From: Hydrolagus colliei
Taxonomy: Eukaryota
DNA length: 64,000 nucleotides
NCBI GenBank assembly: GCA_035084275.1
Contig: CM068766.1
Span: 5,332,001 to 5,396,000 of the forward strand
Direction: 5' to 3'
The notes beneath the pieces were generated by a model. That model saw only the letters and a list, made by a program, of their open reading frames with translations. It was not told where the DNA came from and ran no database searches. Both the position numbers and the translations under genes were made by a program. How positions within the stretch are numbered: the stretch's first letter is position 1; the number at the start of each line of letters is the position of its first letter. Positions 49,971 to 63,189 of the stretch are shown in pieces.

Positions 49971-52380
49971 TCTGTTATCATTCTGTGGCTCGTGTAAATT
50001 ACAACCATTTGCAGCACGCACAAAATATATTTCCACTGTGTCATCTAGATGTGTTTTGAATGCCCATTGTCACTAATCCTTTGGTAATCTGGGGGTAATC
50101 GGGAGGCTCGAAATGTGCTAACACCCCCTTTTTTGCGGGTGTATTTACCTTGCAGATCTACAATGTAAAAGGAGATGTGTGTATGTACTTTGTTGGGATC
50201 TTCCATAGGTTAGCTCCCACTGGAGCACGATACACGGAGAATGGCTTGTAAAGTAAATGATTTGGATGACCAGATTCTGAGGTTAATATCTTGCTGTGAA
50301 TTGCTAAACCCGAGTGCATTGAGAATACTTTAGGGGGACCCCTGTGTTGAGGTAGGATAAGCTTTCAAATAAAACGCCAAACTGTCTATTATTGCTGGAA
50401 TGGGCTGTTGAATCTGTTGAATTTACAAGGATGATATTTTATGCATGTCAATCAACTGAACGAGTTTATTCACATGAATGATCTTTCAGTAGAAACAAGA
50501 AATTATGCATTTTAAATTCCTTGTCTTTGCTTTTTGGTAATTATAGCATGTTAAAATACACATCGGCTGTTTGTGCAACCCCTGTGCAACCACCGTGAAA
50601 TTGGCTTCTTCTAATGTACATGACATGGTTAGAAATAGCACTTCAGAGGATTCTTATCAAATATAAAATAGTGCCCTTCGACTAAAAGAACTAAAGTTCA
50701 GTACATTAGGCCTCTTTATGTCATTCGCACCTATTTAATTGCAAGTTGACTAATTAAAATCACCAGTTTTGAAGTCTGTGCTGTTTAATTGCTAGATGTC
50801 TAATTGAAGTAGTCATTTATGTGAAACTGAATTGTTGGAGTGGTGGCTATGCTTAGTTATTACCATTGTAACTGTTCCCCCCCCCACAATTAAATCACAA
50901 CTTAGTAGTGTTAAGCAAAGTTGGATAAAAGTTATTCAAAGTCTAAAGAGAAGAAATGAACAGAAAATTAATTAATCAAAGTAGCTGATATCCTTCACAG
51001 AATATACTGTATAAAGTGTGACTTTGTGTAATGATTCCAAAATTTAAAGAGTCAGTGCTCCCGGGATGCTATGCTGTACAATGGTTATTTATAGATGCAA
51101 GCTGCTGTTGTCATTCCTCTTGCATGTGGAGGTAATAATAATAATAATGGAAGATTAGATCACAAATAGGGATTTTGGGTGTCAACAAAACTGTCCATTC
51201 TATACTATGCATTGCTCCTGAAGCAAAGGTGGCGTTAGGAGGGATTTATCCCTAAGTAGTCTGCTTTGCTTTGTGCATGGATAAACAATTCTCACATAAA
51301 TGATGCGCCTACCTTTAGTGAACAGGAAAAAAACTGTTGAGCTACTCGATTAAATCAGTGAACCTTGGAATGAATTGTTTTCAAGGGAGGAAGGAGAGAT
51401 CTTTGATGAAGTGCTATTGCCATATCACCACTGAATAGAGACTTTGAAACATTAAAGCTGAATAGAGCCAAATGGAGAGTAGATGCAGAGACCCTCTTCC
51501 AAACTCCCCCTCTTTCCTCGCGAAATGCTGAGCACACAAACACCTATTGCCATAAAACATGAAAAATACTCGGGGACACAATTTATCTCCTTCTCTCAGA
51601 TCAGATATTGTAAGTTATACGTTGAGGTCCTGAACTGCACTAAATCCTATTTATGGAGCATTCCCACTCTTAATAATTCCACATTGTACTTGACTTGTTG
51701 AAAGCATTTCATCATATGTGTACAGCAGGAAGCAATGCAGTCAGAAAATTATCACAATGTTAAAGTACATCAGTGGATAACACTAAAATATTTTATAACA
51801 TTGAATACTATTTTTCTTTAGGATTTAGTTTTGCAAGCAGCTCAGTTTATTGGTGAGCAATGGGAATGGATGTATTCAATGGGGCCAAATATGAAACTAT
51901 TTTAATGTTATTTTCTAACAGTACATAGAACATAAAATTGAAGAAAACAAACACAATGCCATAATAATAATAATTCTTACATTTGGTATAGTGCTTTTCA
52001 CGTCAGGAGGACCTCCCAAACACTTCACAGTGGCTATGGGTGTTTTTGTGAGTGAACACAGCCGCCAGCCAATTTGCGCACAGAAATGTCGCACAAATAG
52101 CCATGAGTGAATGTGAAATTTTATATTGGGAGAAAATTCACTTCTCTTTTTGAATATCTCCATGGGATCTTTAACGTCCACCTGAACAGGCAGATGGGGC
52201 CTTGGTGTAATGTCTCATCCAAAGCACAATGCCTCCAACAAGGCAGCACAACCCTGTGGGGAAGTGTGAAGTTATTTACCTAAAAACAGAAAAGCGGATT
52301 ATTTTCTAGAAGGGGAGAGACTAGATAGTGTTAGTGTTCAGAGGGATTTGGGTATTCTTGTACAAAAAGTTAGTATGCAA

Positions 52381-53287
52381 TAGGGTCTGGCGATATATCG
52401 ATATATCGCTAAAACCCGATATAATTTTCATATTGATACGCCGATATAGGCATTCCAAACATATCGATTTACCGAAAAAACGATATATCGAGGTAAAAAA
52501 TCGGAATGCACGCACACTGAACTACAAGACCCAGAATGCTCATCTCTATACACAACGCACAGACCGAGGTGCAAAGCCGCCATATTGTATTCATAGTCCT
52601 CGAATTCAATATACAGGTATGCAAGGGGTGGGGGGGGGGGAGAGTCGGCTGGGGAGGGGGGAGGATGGGGAGAGAGACGGCTGGGGTGGGGTGAGAGAGA
52701 CGGCTTGGAGGGGGTGGGGGGTGGAGAGAGACGGCTGGGGGGGTGGTGGGGGAGAGAGAGACGGCTGGGCGGGGTGTGGGGGGGAGAGAGACGGCTGGGT
52801 GGGGGGTGGGGGGGAGAGAGAGACGGCGGGGGGGGAGGGGGAAAGAGACGGCTGGGGGGGTGGGGGGGAGAGGGTCGGCGGGGGTGGAGGTGGGGGGAGA
52901 GAGACGGCTTGGGGGGGGAGGGAGAAGGACAGCGGGGGGGTGGGGGGGAGTGGCGGGGGTGGGGGGTGGATGTGATAATATACAGATAGATAGAGATGGG
53001 GAGATGTGAGAGAGGAAACACAGAGACACAGACAGAAAAACACAGAGATGGAGAGAGTGAGTGTGAGAGACACAGAGAGAGAAAGATATTTACCTCCTGA
53101 GGAGATAGGCCCCGAATGCGAGCGCACCCGGAATGCGCGCGCACCCGAAACGTGCGCGCACTCTGAATGCGCACACCGCGCGCGCATGCGCAGTACGAAA
53201 AACACGAAAATATCGATATTTCGCTATATCTCGATATGAGCCCATCGATATATCTAAATCGGAAAATTTCCATATTGACGGACTCTA
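52381..53287 (-). mobile_element. hAT MITE, same family as 7347, with expanded internal G-rich minisatellite
   Basis: TIRs TAGGGTCTGGCGATAT...ATATTGACGGACTCTA; TSD GTATGCAA (52373-52380)/GTATGCAG (53288-53295); reverse complement of the 7347-7968 element. Confidence 0.92.
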
Positions 53288-53295
53288 GTATGCAG

Positions 53296-53600
53296 TAGGG
53301 TCCGGCGATATATCGATATATCGCTAAAACCCGATATAATTTTCATATCGATACGCCAATATATCGACTTTTCGATATATTGAGGGAAAAAATCAGAATG
53401 CGCGCACACTGAACTACAAGACCCAGAGTGCTCACTCATCTCTATACACAATGCACAGACCGAGGTGCAAAGCCGCCGTATTGTATTCATAGTCCTAGAA
53501 TACAATATACAGGTATGCAAGGGGTGAGGGGAGAGAGACGGCTGGGGGGGAGGGGGGGGGGGGGGGGTGGGTGTGGATGTGATAATATACAGATAGATAG
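53296..53600 (-). mobile_element. Second, truncated hAT MITE copy in tandem with the previous one
   Basis: Starts TAGGGTCCGGCGATATATCG immediately after the 8-bp TSD; same orientation; stops after about 305 bp, where CR1 sequence resumes. Confidence 0.9.
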
Positions 53601-56600
53601 TTCATTACAAAACGGTTAGAATACAAGAGTAGGGAAGTCTTGCTGCAATTGTGTAGGACCTTGTGAGACCGTACCTAGAATATTGTGTGCAGTTTTGGTT
53701 TCCTTATTTAAGAAAGGACGCGCTCGCCTTAGAGTAGGTGCAGCGTAGATTCATTAGGTTGGTTCCTGGGATGAGGGGGTTGACTTATGAGGATAGGTTG
53801 CGTATACTAGGCTATATTGTCTAGAATATAGAAAAATTAGAGGTGATTTTATAGAACCTATGAGATTATTAAGGGGCTTGACAGAGTAGACAGTGGGAGA
53901 CTGTTTCCCTTGGTTGGAGAATCTCAGGGGTCACAGTTTTAAGATAAAGGATCAGCCTTTTCGAACAGAGTTGAGGAAACACTTCTTCACTCAGAGAGTA
54001 GTGAAATTATGGAATTATCTACCCCAAAGGCTGTAAATGCTCAGGCCATGAACATATTCAACATTGAGATTGATAAATTTCTAATGGATAGAGGGATTAA
54101 GGAATATGGGGGGGGATAAGGCGGGCAGATGGAGTTAGATTAGGAGATCAGCCATGATCTTATTGAATGGCGGGGCAGGGGCCGAATGGTCTACTCCTGC
54201 TCCTATTCCTATGTTCCCATGGAACCCCAGCACTGTAATGAAGTGTCATCTTAGACTGCTTGAGTTCCACATCCTGATATGGGGCTTCAACTGACAACAT
54301 TCTGACTCCCAAGGCGAGAGTGCAACTAACTAAGCCAAGTCTTGTGTTTCTACTGCAGTCAATATTTGAGGTTGTTGTAAATTGCGTATATGGAGATTCT
54401 ACAGCTGTTTGTGGGACATTGCTGTGTGCAAATTGGCTGTTTTGTTCAGAAGCTTGTAAAAAAGAGATCAGTACTTATTGGTCAGCTTGGTGACTTAACA
54501 CATGGAAACCCATCACCACGCTTGAGAGACCACTGCTGTGCACAATTGGCTGCCACATTTTGCCCACAAATATACAGTCAATTCACTTTGCAGTATATTC
54601 TGTGAAGCGCTTTGAAACGTTGATCAGGTGTGAAAAGTGCTATATCAAATGCAAGGATTATTATTATTATTATTGAGGACCCTGGAGTGTTTGCTAGGTT
54701 ATTGCTTGTGTTTAACCAGCTAAAACTGTGTCTTGCCATTGAGCCCACTGTCTGACAAGTTTCTTGCTGATTTTCCAACCTACTCTACCTCTTGGGACAT
54801 TGTCTTGCAGTGTTGACTAGAGCTGAGTGTAAAGAATCTCTAGTCCTGATACTGGTCTGCCCCTCCAAGTCCTGCTGATAAACCAGGCCTTCTTGTCCAT
54901 AATCAGCACTAACCTGGAGTCTGTGGATTTGTCTGGCTCAGTAACCTCAAGATACATTGTTTCTCAGATTCAAATTATTTGAAATCTTGTTTTTTGTTTT
55001 TGTAGCCTATACAGCGTTACTAAATGGGAATAAAAATAATCCTAGCTTGGCGATTGAGGCACGCCAAGGGGTTAAAAACTCGCTTGCATTAGGAGTCTGA
55101 AAGATGTAAACCCTGTTTGATGGATTAATATTACTTAACGATATTAGAAATGAAGTAAGGTGTGTTTGATTTTGAAAGAAGTTGATGGATTAGAAGGAAA
55201 ACTAATTTATTGTTCCAAGACTCTTGTGATTGATGTAATAATCCATTCCTACAATGCAGCATTACCTTAATTACAATTGGTAATTGCTAGTTGTAAAGAT
55301 AAGATTAATGCAGTCAGGGAGACTTAAAGCTTTAATATGCCTGAACATCAGCGTCCGTCCGTTATCTTTGCCTCCAGATTGCTGTTCCCGTGCCAGGTCG
55401 TTATTGCGTACGGTTTAGAGACGGCTTTTTATTCCAGAAGGGGGTGGGCATGTTGCAGGAACCTTGGTAAATAATACGCTGCTCCTATCGGTGGCACAAG
55501 TTAGCTGTACATCAAAGCTGCACCATATCTTAATGAAGAAATTAGTGAGGAGGCCTGTGTGTGGAAAATAGTTTTCCCATCGAGGTTATTGCTTTCTGTC
55601 AGCAAACGTTCATCACCGCAAAACAATTTCACTGGTGTACAACTGACAACTGCTAACTCATCAATGTCTTGGCATTTTTTGCTTTGCTTCTATTGTTCCA
55701 AATACTCAACTAGTCAAGTTCAGGTTGGTTTCAACGCTCACTGAATACCAAACCGATCTTACATACTTGTCTCACGTACACCTTAAGTCAGAATGTGTGA
55801 AGAATTATTAAAAACTAATGCATACTTAGGAGTGAGATATAAAAGGTTGATCTGTACTTGTTTAGTTGTTTGAGTAGGGAAAGAAGGAAAGTCCAATTTT
55901 AAGATTCTGGTTTTGAACTCTCTTAATAAGATATTTAGCATACGCCTTGTATGTATTTTTCTTTCTTTGAAATGAATCTAGCATTGAGTTCAGTATCCAG
56001 CAGGTTGGCAGTAAAGTGGTATTTAGAGATTATGTGCAAATAGAAAATGCAGAAACAACAGTATTGCCACTGCTAACTGCTGGGGGAGGTGCTGCAGCGC
56101 CCTGCTCATGCACTTGGGTTCAGAGAAGGTGCAGGTTCTGTGATCCAGTGGAATAGGTATTTTTACCCTCCTTTTACCACCCGCCTGCTCCCCCCACCAA
56201 AAAAAACATCTATCCACCTCAGTCTTGAAAATTTCAATGGATCCAGCATCGACAGCCTTTTGGGGAGATATTAATTGTATAAAACATGTCAATAGATGTT
56301 AATTGTATTTTAAAAATTGCTTGTATACTTTTAAAAAAAAATCAGGAAACCATCTTATCAGCTGAATAGTAAATATTTATTATGTTAAAATCCTAATGAC
56401 ATTTCTAGGCTGCAGGTTGGCATATAAATTGGAAACTGCTCAAGCTTTGATCTCGTGGCTTGTGCCCTCTGAGCCCCTTGAGCTGATTATTGCTCTGTAA
56501 TATCAGTGAACTAAATGTCTTGCTCTACAAGTGTTGTTTCCCATCTCTGCTCGACACCCTGATGCTTGTGTGTTTCTGTTCAAAGCACTGATGAGTAATT

Positions 56601-57737
56601 TCTTATTCAAATACATATGAGCCTCAAAGATTAATCTGATTTATATTTGGTCTTTCAACTCAATATTAGGATAACCTGAACTTGTATAATGTCCTCTGTC
56701 AGAAATGTTCAATAATGTCATACCACAGAAAAATGTTTCCCCTCTAGGCTTTCTATTCAAACACATTATAAAGTCAGCAAATAATTGCAAATTATTTAAA
56801 GAAATCTCAGTTTTTTTTGTCTTAATGACATTTAAATGCAAAATCTGTTTTCCTCAAGTGGAATACATTAATGCTGTATTAAAATATGGGACAGATCTTT
56901 ATTGGAGCAGACTTTTTAGAATTATTTTATTGAATGAAGCAGTGAAGGGGGAAGAGATCTAATAGAAAAGCGGCTGGAAATTAATGTTTTGGACATTTGA
57001 TTGCACAGTTCTTTGTTGAGTTTTAGTAGCTTGTTGTGCCTTATTTTGATATGTGTTGTGCTCGCAATTCCCCTCCTATCTTTGCTGAAGCGTGTTGCAT
57101 CCCCTTGAAATATCATCTTGTCCTGTTCATTTTCCAAGGATGCTTCGTACCAGTCCAGCATTGTAAGGGATAGAGAGTTCTTGGTGACATGAGAGAAAAA
57201 ATATATAGAGGAATGTACCTAACAGTTAGATTACATCTTTCAGTCGAGTTCAGAGATGGAATGATATCATGAAGAAAATTATCACCAGTTCAGTTTGGGA
57301 TCTGTGTTATGGCAAGTTACATACCCTTTCATCTGAGTATTAGCACAGTTAGTCAGAGAGAAAACAAAACCAAGTCCGAGTATGTAAGCCAGGCAGATTG
57401 CTTCGTGCCTGTACAGCATTGTAAGGGATAGAAATGTGACAAATCATTGTTGAAATGTCTGGGAAATTAAGTAAGACGGACTTGTTTTGCCCCTGCTTCT
57501 ATTTGTGAATGAATCCCTTTATATAAAGCAAGAAGGGGGTCAACAGAGATGAACTCTGCTTTTTGCCCCCAAAATATACAGTCAATTCACTTTACAGTAT
57601 ATTCTGAAGCGCTTTGAGTCGTCTCAACAATATGTTAAGGCGCTATATCAAATGCGAGGATTGTTATTACTTTTAATAGTGAGTCTACAAGTTATGATCT
57701 AGGTTAAACCAATTCAGTGGAGTGCAGATTAACCTCT

Positions 57738-58735
57738 TCATAGAATCACACAATTTTCTAGCATAAAAGGGCGCCATTCGGCCCACAGTGTCTGTGCCGG
57801 CTCTTTGAAAAGAGCTATTCAAAGTCAGTTCCACTCCCCGGCTCTCTCACATAACCCCGCAAATGTGTCCTCTGCAAATAGCTATCCACCTCTCTTTTAA
57901 AAGTTGTTATCGAATCGGCCTCCTCCACCCTTTCAGGCAATGCATTCCAGATTTGAACAACTTGCTGCGTGAAAAAATTTCTCTCACCTTCCCTCTGCTT
58001 CTTTTAGAAACTATTTTAAATCTGTGACCTCAAGTCAGTGGAAACAATTTTTCCCCGTTTACCCTATCGAATCCCCTCATGATTTTGAAAACCTATATTT
58101 GGTCTCCTTGTAATCTTCTCTGCTCCAATGAGAATAATCCTAGCTTCTCCAGCCTTTCCTCATAACCAAAGTCCCTTATTCCTGGTATCATCCTGGTAAA
58201 TCTCCTCTGCACCCTTTCCAATGCCTTGACATCCTTCCCAGAACTGAACACAGTACTGTAGCTGAGGCCTAACCAACCTTTTATACAGGTTAATCATAAC
58301 ATCCTAACTTTTGTACTCTATGCCCCTAGTTATAAAGTCTAGTATCCCATATACCCTTTTAACAGCCTTATTTACCTGCCCTGCCACCTTCAAAGATTTA
58401 CTTATATGAAACTCTAGGTCTCTTTCCCTTCACCCCCACTTAAGATTGTACTATCTAGTCTATATTGCCTCTCCCCATTCTTCCTCCCAAAGTGCATCAC
58501 CTCGCATTTATGTTCTATTGCAGTCTGCCACTATCCTCCTCACTATTTACTACTTTTATTAACTTTGTATAATCTCAAACTTGGAAATTGTACCTAAGGC
58601 CAAATCGATTATATATCTATATTAAAAAGAGCAGTGCTCCCAATTCTGATCCCTGGGGGACGCCACTGTACACTTCCCTCCAATCAGAAAAATAACCGTT
58701 AACCACAACTCTCTGCTTGCTGCCTCACAGCCACT
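57738..58735 (-). mobile_element. CR1-type LINE 3' fragment (second family; short copy at about 39488-39737)
   Basis: Minus strand carries the RT motif (GVPQGSELGALLF-like at about 58625-58665) and ends ...ccgaatggcgcccttttatgctag...attctatg. Confidence 0.8.
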
Positions 58736-61427
58736 TCTGGATGTTCTCCCAGCAAGCACTTTGTGAGTTTTCCACAAGCTCCACTTTCTCTAAAGCAACA
58801 GATAATCGAATTGTTACAATTCATCATGCTTGCCATCTCCCTAATGAAAAGGATGCCTGTGCCGATTGGCAAAGTGCACAAGAAACTCACAATCAGTATA
58901 GGAATGGGTATTCTGATCTATTCAAAGTAACGAAGGGTAGAAAAATGTCGCTAGTTTTAATGGAAATGTGCGCTTCATAAAAATTGATTTGTCTGGCTTC
59001 AGAAATTGCAATAGTTTGGTGTGGATTCCAGGTAATACGTCTTAAAACATGTATTACACAGTGGAAATGTATGAGAATTGAAACCCACGGAAGCAAGGCC
59101 ATTCATTTGTGGTTTGAGATCTTCGCAGCATCTTGGCAATGTCATCAATATTAATAAATTAAAAGCTGCTGATGAAATTCTTCGGATTACAGTCTCAGGA
59201 AGCGTAGCTCTGTTTTGTTCCATTTTTATAACACATCTATCCAGGCCTTTTTTTTACCCAATGAAAATATGATTTTATGATAGTTGAGTGGGTGGGAGTT
59301 GATGATCGCTTGCAGGCAAACTGTCAACCAGCCTCTTTTGATGACACCTCGACTATGGATTGCAAGGTTGAGATTTTCCCTAATCTAGTCTAGGCTAATA
59401 CTTCATTTGGATCCTCGGGGAAGCACTTGGACCCCGCTTCTTCAGAATGTGCAAAACTATATAATTGGTATTATTAAAAGGTCAATTAATGTAATGAAAA
59501 CCCCCTGTATGTAAAAATAGGAAACTGGAAAATGCTATATGGCCTATTGAGTCTAATCTCAACTTTCAATGCCTTTTCTGCTCTTCCCTGAATACTCTTC
59601 TTACCTAAGTATCTCTAACCTGTTAAACATCACAATCAATTCTACGACCGACAACTTTCAGGATCTGAGAGGGTATCCTGTGGGAGGGGCACTATATAAA
59701 TGCAAGTTGTTGTCATTGTTCTTGTAGTGCTTTCCATATTCTCACAATCTTTTTTCTGAAGAACTATTTTGACTTCTCCTTACATTCTTAGCTCTAATTT
59801 TTTATTTACGTTTTATTCAGTGCAAGAAATACCACTTAGGAATACGCTATCATGGGTTGCAAAGCATTTTAGAGTGTTGCATAATGCTGCCAGCTATGTA
59901 CATTGGAGATGTTGAGTATATCAGTATATTTGGATGGTCTGACTCAGATAGTAGATCTTATGCAAAGCAAAGAGTTAGTGCAATGTGAAATTAATTTTAG
60001 TCCATACTGTTGTGCAATGTGATTTGATCTCCTAAAAAAGAAGTTTCACCATTGGACCTCTAGTTAATATTAGATTTAACTTTACACTTGAATTTGTTTT
60101 GACCTTTTATATCCCTCCCTTGCACCAATCTTCTCTCTTCTCCCCTCCTGACAGCCTCTGAAACCTTTTGTTTGCCTTTAACTGGATTGAGACTGCAACC
60201 CAGTTTTACAGCAAAGATTTGCATTTATTTAGCGCCCTTCACGCAGGATAGTATCCCGGAGAGCTTGCATTGTAAATCCACATGGAATCCGAAACTGTTC
60301 ATATCTTCTGCAAAAATGGATGATCAATTCATGGACAGAGTTCCACGGGCAACTTGAACCCTCCAATACCTGGCCCGCAGTGATTATTTGTGGATGGGAG
60401 TGAGTGTCAGCAGGGTGTTTGACTGCAGGAGAGCAATTGTTTCCTCACCTTGCCAACAGAAGGTGAAGGTGAATATGAGACTTAACTGGACTGACTTTTT
60501 AACCATGTACAATTGATGCAATTGCTGGAGGCTTACGTGTTACGTGTTATGTGCAATTGAATCCGATTCAACAATATGGCGAAATCTGTAATACAATGGT
60601 TGTGTGTGTGATGTGTATTTTAAAAAAGCATCAGTGATAGCATTGCATCAAGCAAGTCGTCTACTACTGCTGTGCGCATTTGGCTGCCGCGTTTCGCCCA
60701 CAACTACACAGTCAATTCACTTTACAGTATATTCTAGGAAGCGCTTTGAGACATCGATAAGATGTGAAAAGCGCTATATCAAATAAAAGGATTATTAGTA
60801 GTAGTAGTATAATACACTAAACTAATGCCCTAATTCAATTAAAAGAACATCACAAAGACCAGGGAGGAGAAGCTCAGTCTTTCAGCAAAGAAACAGAGTT
60901 CTTGAATAAAGATATCATACAGTGTGAGACTGCACCATGGCAAGCTTCCGAAAGGAGATGCTTGATTATAGTCTCACCACTATACTCACCACCTGGTGAG
61001 TTTGACATATGTATATCACCCAACCATTGGAAAGTTCCTTTTGGCTACGTCTTTTCTGGAAGGGAATGGACACTGTCTCCTGGGAGGGATGCCCCTTGCT
61101 TAATTAATTCAGGACAGCAATAATGCATAGGTTAACAATGATCCTTACATTTGCTACAATGTCTTTCACGATGGGATCAATGTGAGTGAGAGGGGAGGTT
61201 AGCAAGAACCTCTTGGCGCGAGAGACCCAATGTCAAATGGTAGAATTATTGATAATAATAAGGCCACATGTAAAAATTCAATGTAACTTTAGTGAAAAAA
61301 TTATAAGCATCATTTTTTGATTTGATGTAGCGCCTTATCACATCATTGAGTTGTTTCAAAGAGCTTCATAGGATGTACTGTAAAGTAGATTGACTGTATA
61401 TTTTGTGAGCGATGGGCCCCAGTCAAG

Positions 61428-61769
61428 ATGTCCCATAGCTCAGTGATTAGAGCACTTGCCTTGCAAGCGAGAGACCTAGCAGATCAATTCCCAACAGAGC
61501 GAAACCTTGGATAAGTTTCCTTATTCCACATGCCCGATAATAATCCCTTAAGAAAAAAAAGTCATAAAATTGGTCACTTCAATCCACAACTGTTGTGCTC
61601 CACTGAGTGCAATTGGCTACTGCGTTTCGCCCACAAATATGCAAACTTTACAGTATATTCTGTGAAATGCTTTGAGATGTCTGGAGAACGTGAAAAAGCA
61701 CATTCTGATGTCTGGAGATGTCTGGAGAACGTGAAAAAGTACTATATCAAATGCAAGGATTATTATTAT
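61428..61769 (+). mobile_element. Deu-domain SINE copy with tRNA-derived head and internal tandem duplication in the tail
   Basis: TAGCTCAGTGATTAGAGCACTTGCC head; gagatgtctggagaacgtgaaaaag present twice. Confidence 0.85.
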
Positions 61770-63189
61770 CCCTGGAACATGGGAACAGAATTAGCTGTGT
61801 TAATCCAATAGACCAGTTAGAGAGGTTATCGATTGTTCAGCAGTAACCATGCATTCATTATTATCTATGTGACAAACTTGTAGTCATTTTCTTCTGAGTG
61901 AAGAACAAATACATTACGTGCTAATATAAATGTCTCCCCTTTGTTTTATCAACAGCTACTCTGCTAATGTGTGCATAAGAGAAAATAGACCATCTAGGAT
62001 TTCAATAGTGTACATTTTCTCCTAGACAATTGATTTGTAGAATGACCTCTCCAATTCCTCTCTTGTATCTACACAACTAAGTCAGTTTGAGTGTTTCAGG
62101 GGTTGGGTCTATCTCTAATATACCACCTTAATCTCACTACCAATATCTAAATGAAACCAGTAATTCAGGATACTCAACAGGCTGCTTTCCTCATTCCCTC
62201 CACCCATTATTGATCAAGATTAGTCTTCAATGAGTAATTGTGAACAGCACCAGAAGAAAGTGCTTCAGTAAAAGCTTTGGTGATGTCTCAATTGGTAATA
62301 CTTTCGCCAAGTATTCAAACAACCTCCTTGTTTGAACTTGATTTTATATATCAATTTGCACTAATATAGTGTTTCCATGTCTGTTCATTTTGGGAATGCT
62401 GCACAAACACTTGGCTAATACTCCAGTGTGGGATTGTTGGCCTTGACATTGGGAGAAATTCTGTTCTCTTTCCAAATCGAGTCATGGGATCTATAACATC
62501 TACCGATAACAATACCTCTGATAATTGATAATTCGCTTGATGGCTGAATGTGGAATGTTACTGTTAATGTTACTGCGTTGCTTGTAAAAGTGGTCATTCC
62601 ATTTGCCACTAATTACAGCAAAGCACTTCATAACAATGCACTGTAAAGTTCCTTCTTTCCACATTGTGCTGTTGACTATTGTAGTTCAGAATGTCACAAG
62701 TTCAAGTCTACATTTGACAATTCACCAGATTCATCTTTTTCCATTTTGATCACTTTTATTTCTGCTTCATTTAATACTTGACTTCTTCCATTCCTCTTTT
62801 ATCATTCAGTTCCTCATGTTATTGCTATTTAATTTTCCCCAAAGGTATTGTGTAGGCAATGGATCTGAAATGGAGGAGAAAGTTAGTTGATTGTAATTTT
62901 TGCCACTGTAGGAGGATCTCTTCACCTATCATCCTGCAATAGTCTCAAAAGCAGTCAACTCCTTGGTTCATAGAGCCCAACTTTTTATTAGTTTGAGGCA
63001 TATGTTTAATACATTTGCTCAGCTTTACTCATTATTTGGGAAGGGAAGAGAGAGTTCCATAGGTTTTCTATGTTTCCAGTCCAAAACAAAAAATATGTGT
63101 GAACAGGTGTTTCCAATGTAGCTGCTCCTTGGTCTCCCGAGTTCTACTATCTACATAAGCTTCTGCCGATCGAAAATCCACCCCAAACT

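Larger units (their letters stand above)
52256..54221 (+). mobile_element. 5'-truncated CR1 LINE fragment interrupted by two hAT MITEs
   Basis: CR1 ORF2 C-terminal motifs (QRDLGILV; RPYLEYCVQFWFPY; RGDFIE; FFTQRVVKLWN) and 3' end CCGAATGGTCTACTCCTGCTCCTATTCCTATGTTC. Confidence 0.85.
51960..54338 (-). mobile_element. Long DeuSINE split by a CR1 insertion (about 51960-52255 and 54222-54338)
   Basis: Left part: catgggatctttaacgtccacctgaacaggcagatggggccttgg...gcagcacaaccc; right part: aaccccagcactg...ttctgactcccaaggcgagagtgc (tRNA-like head). Confidence 0.7.

Noticed and set aside
52328-53273. Multiple 186-281-aa Pro- or Gly-rich ORFs (also 7340-8371)
   Set aside because: Read-through of MITE and minisatellite sequence; no domain features.
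61435-61500. tRNA-like A/B boxes (also near 13830-13890, 26255-26310, 44820-44882)
   Set aside because: They are SINE heads continuing into the SINE body; no complete cloverleaf.
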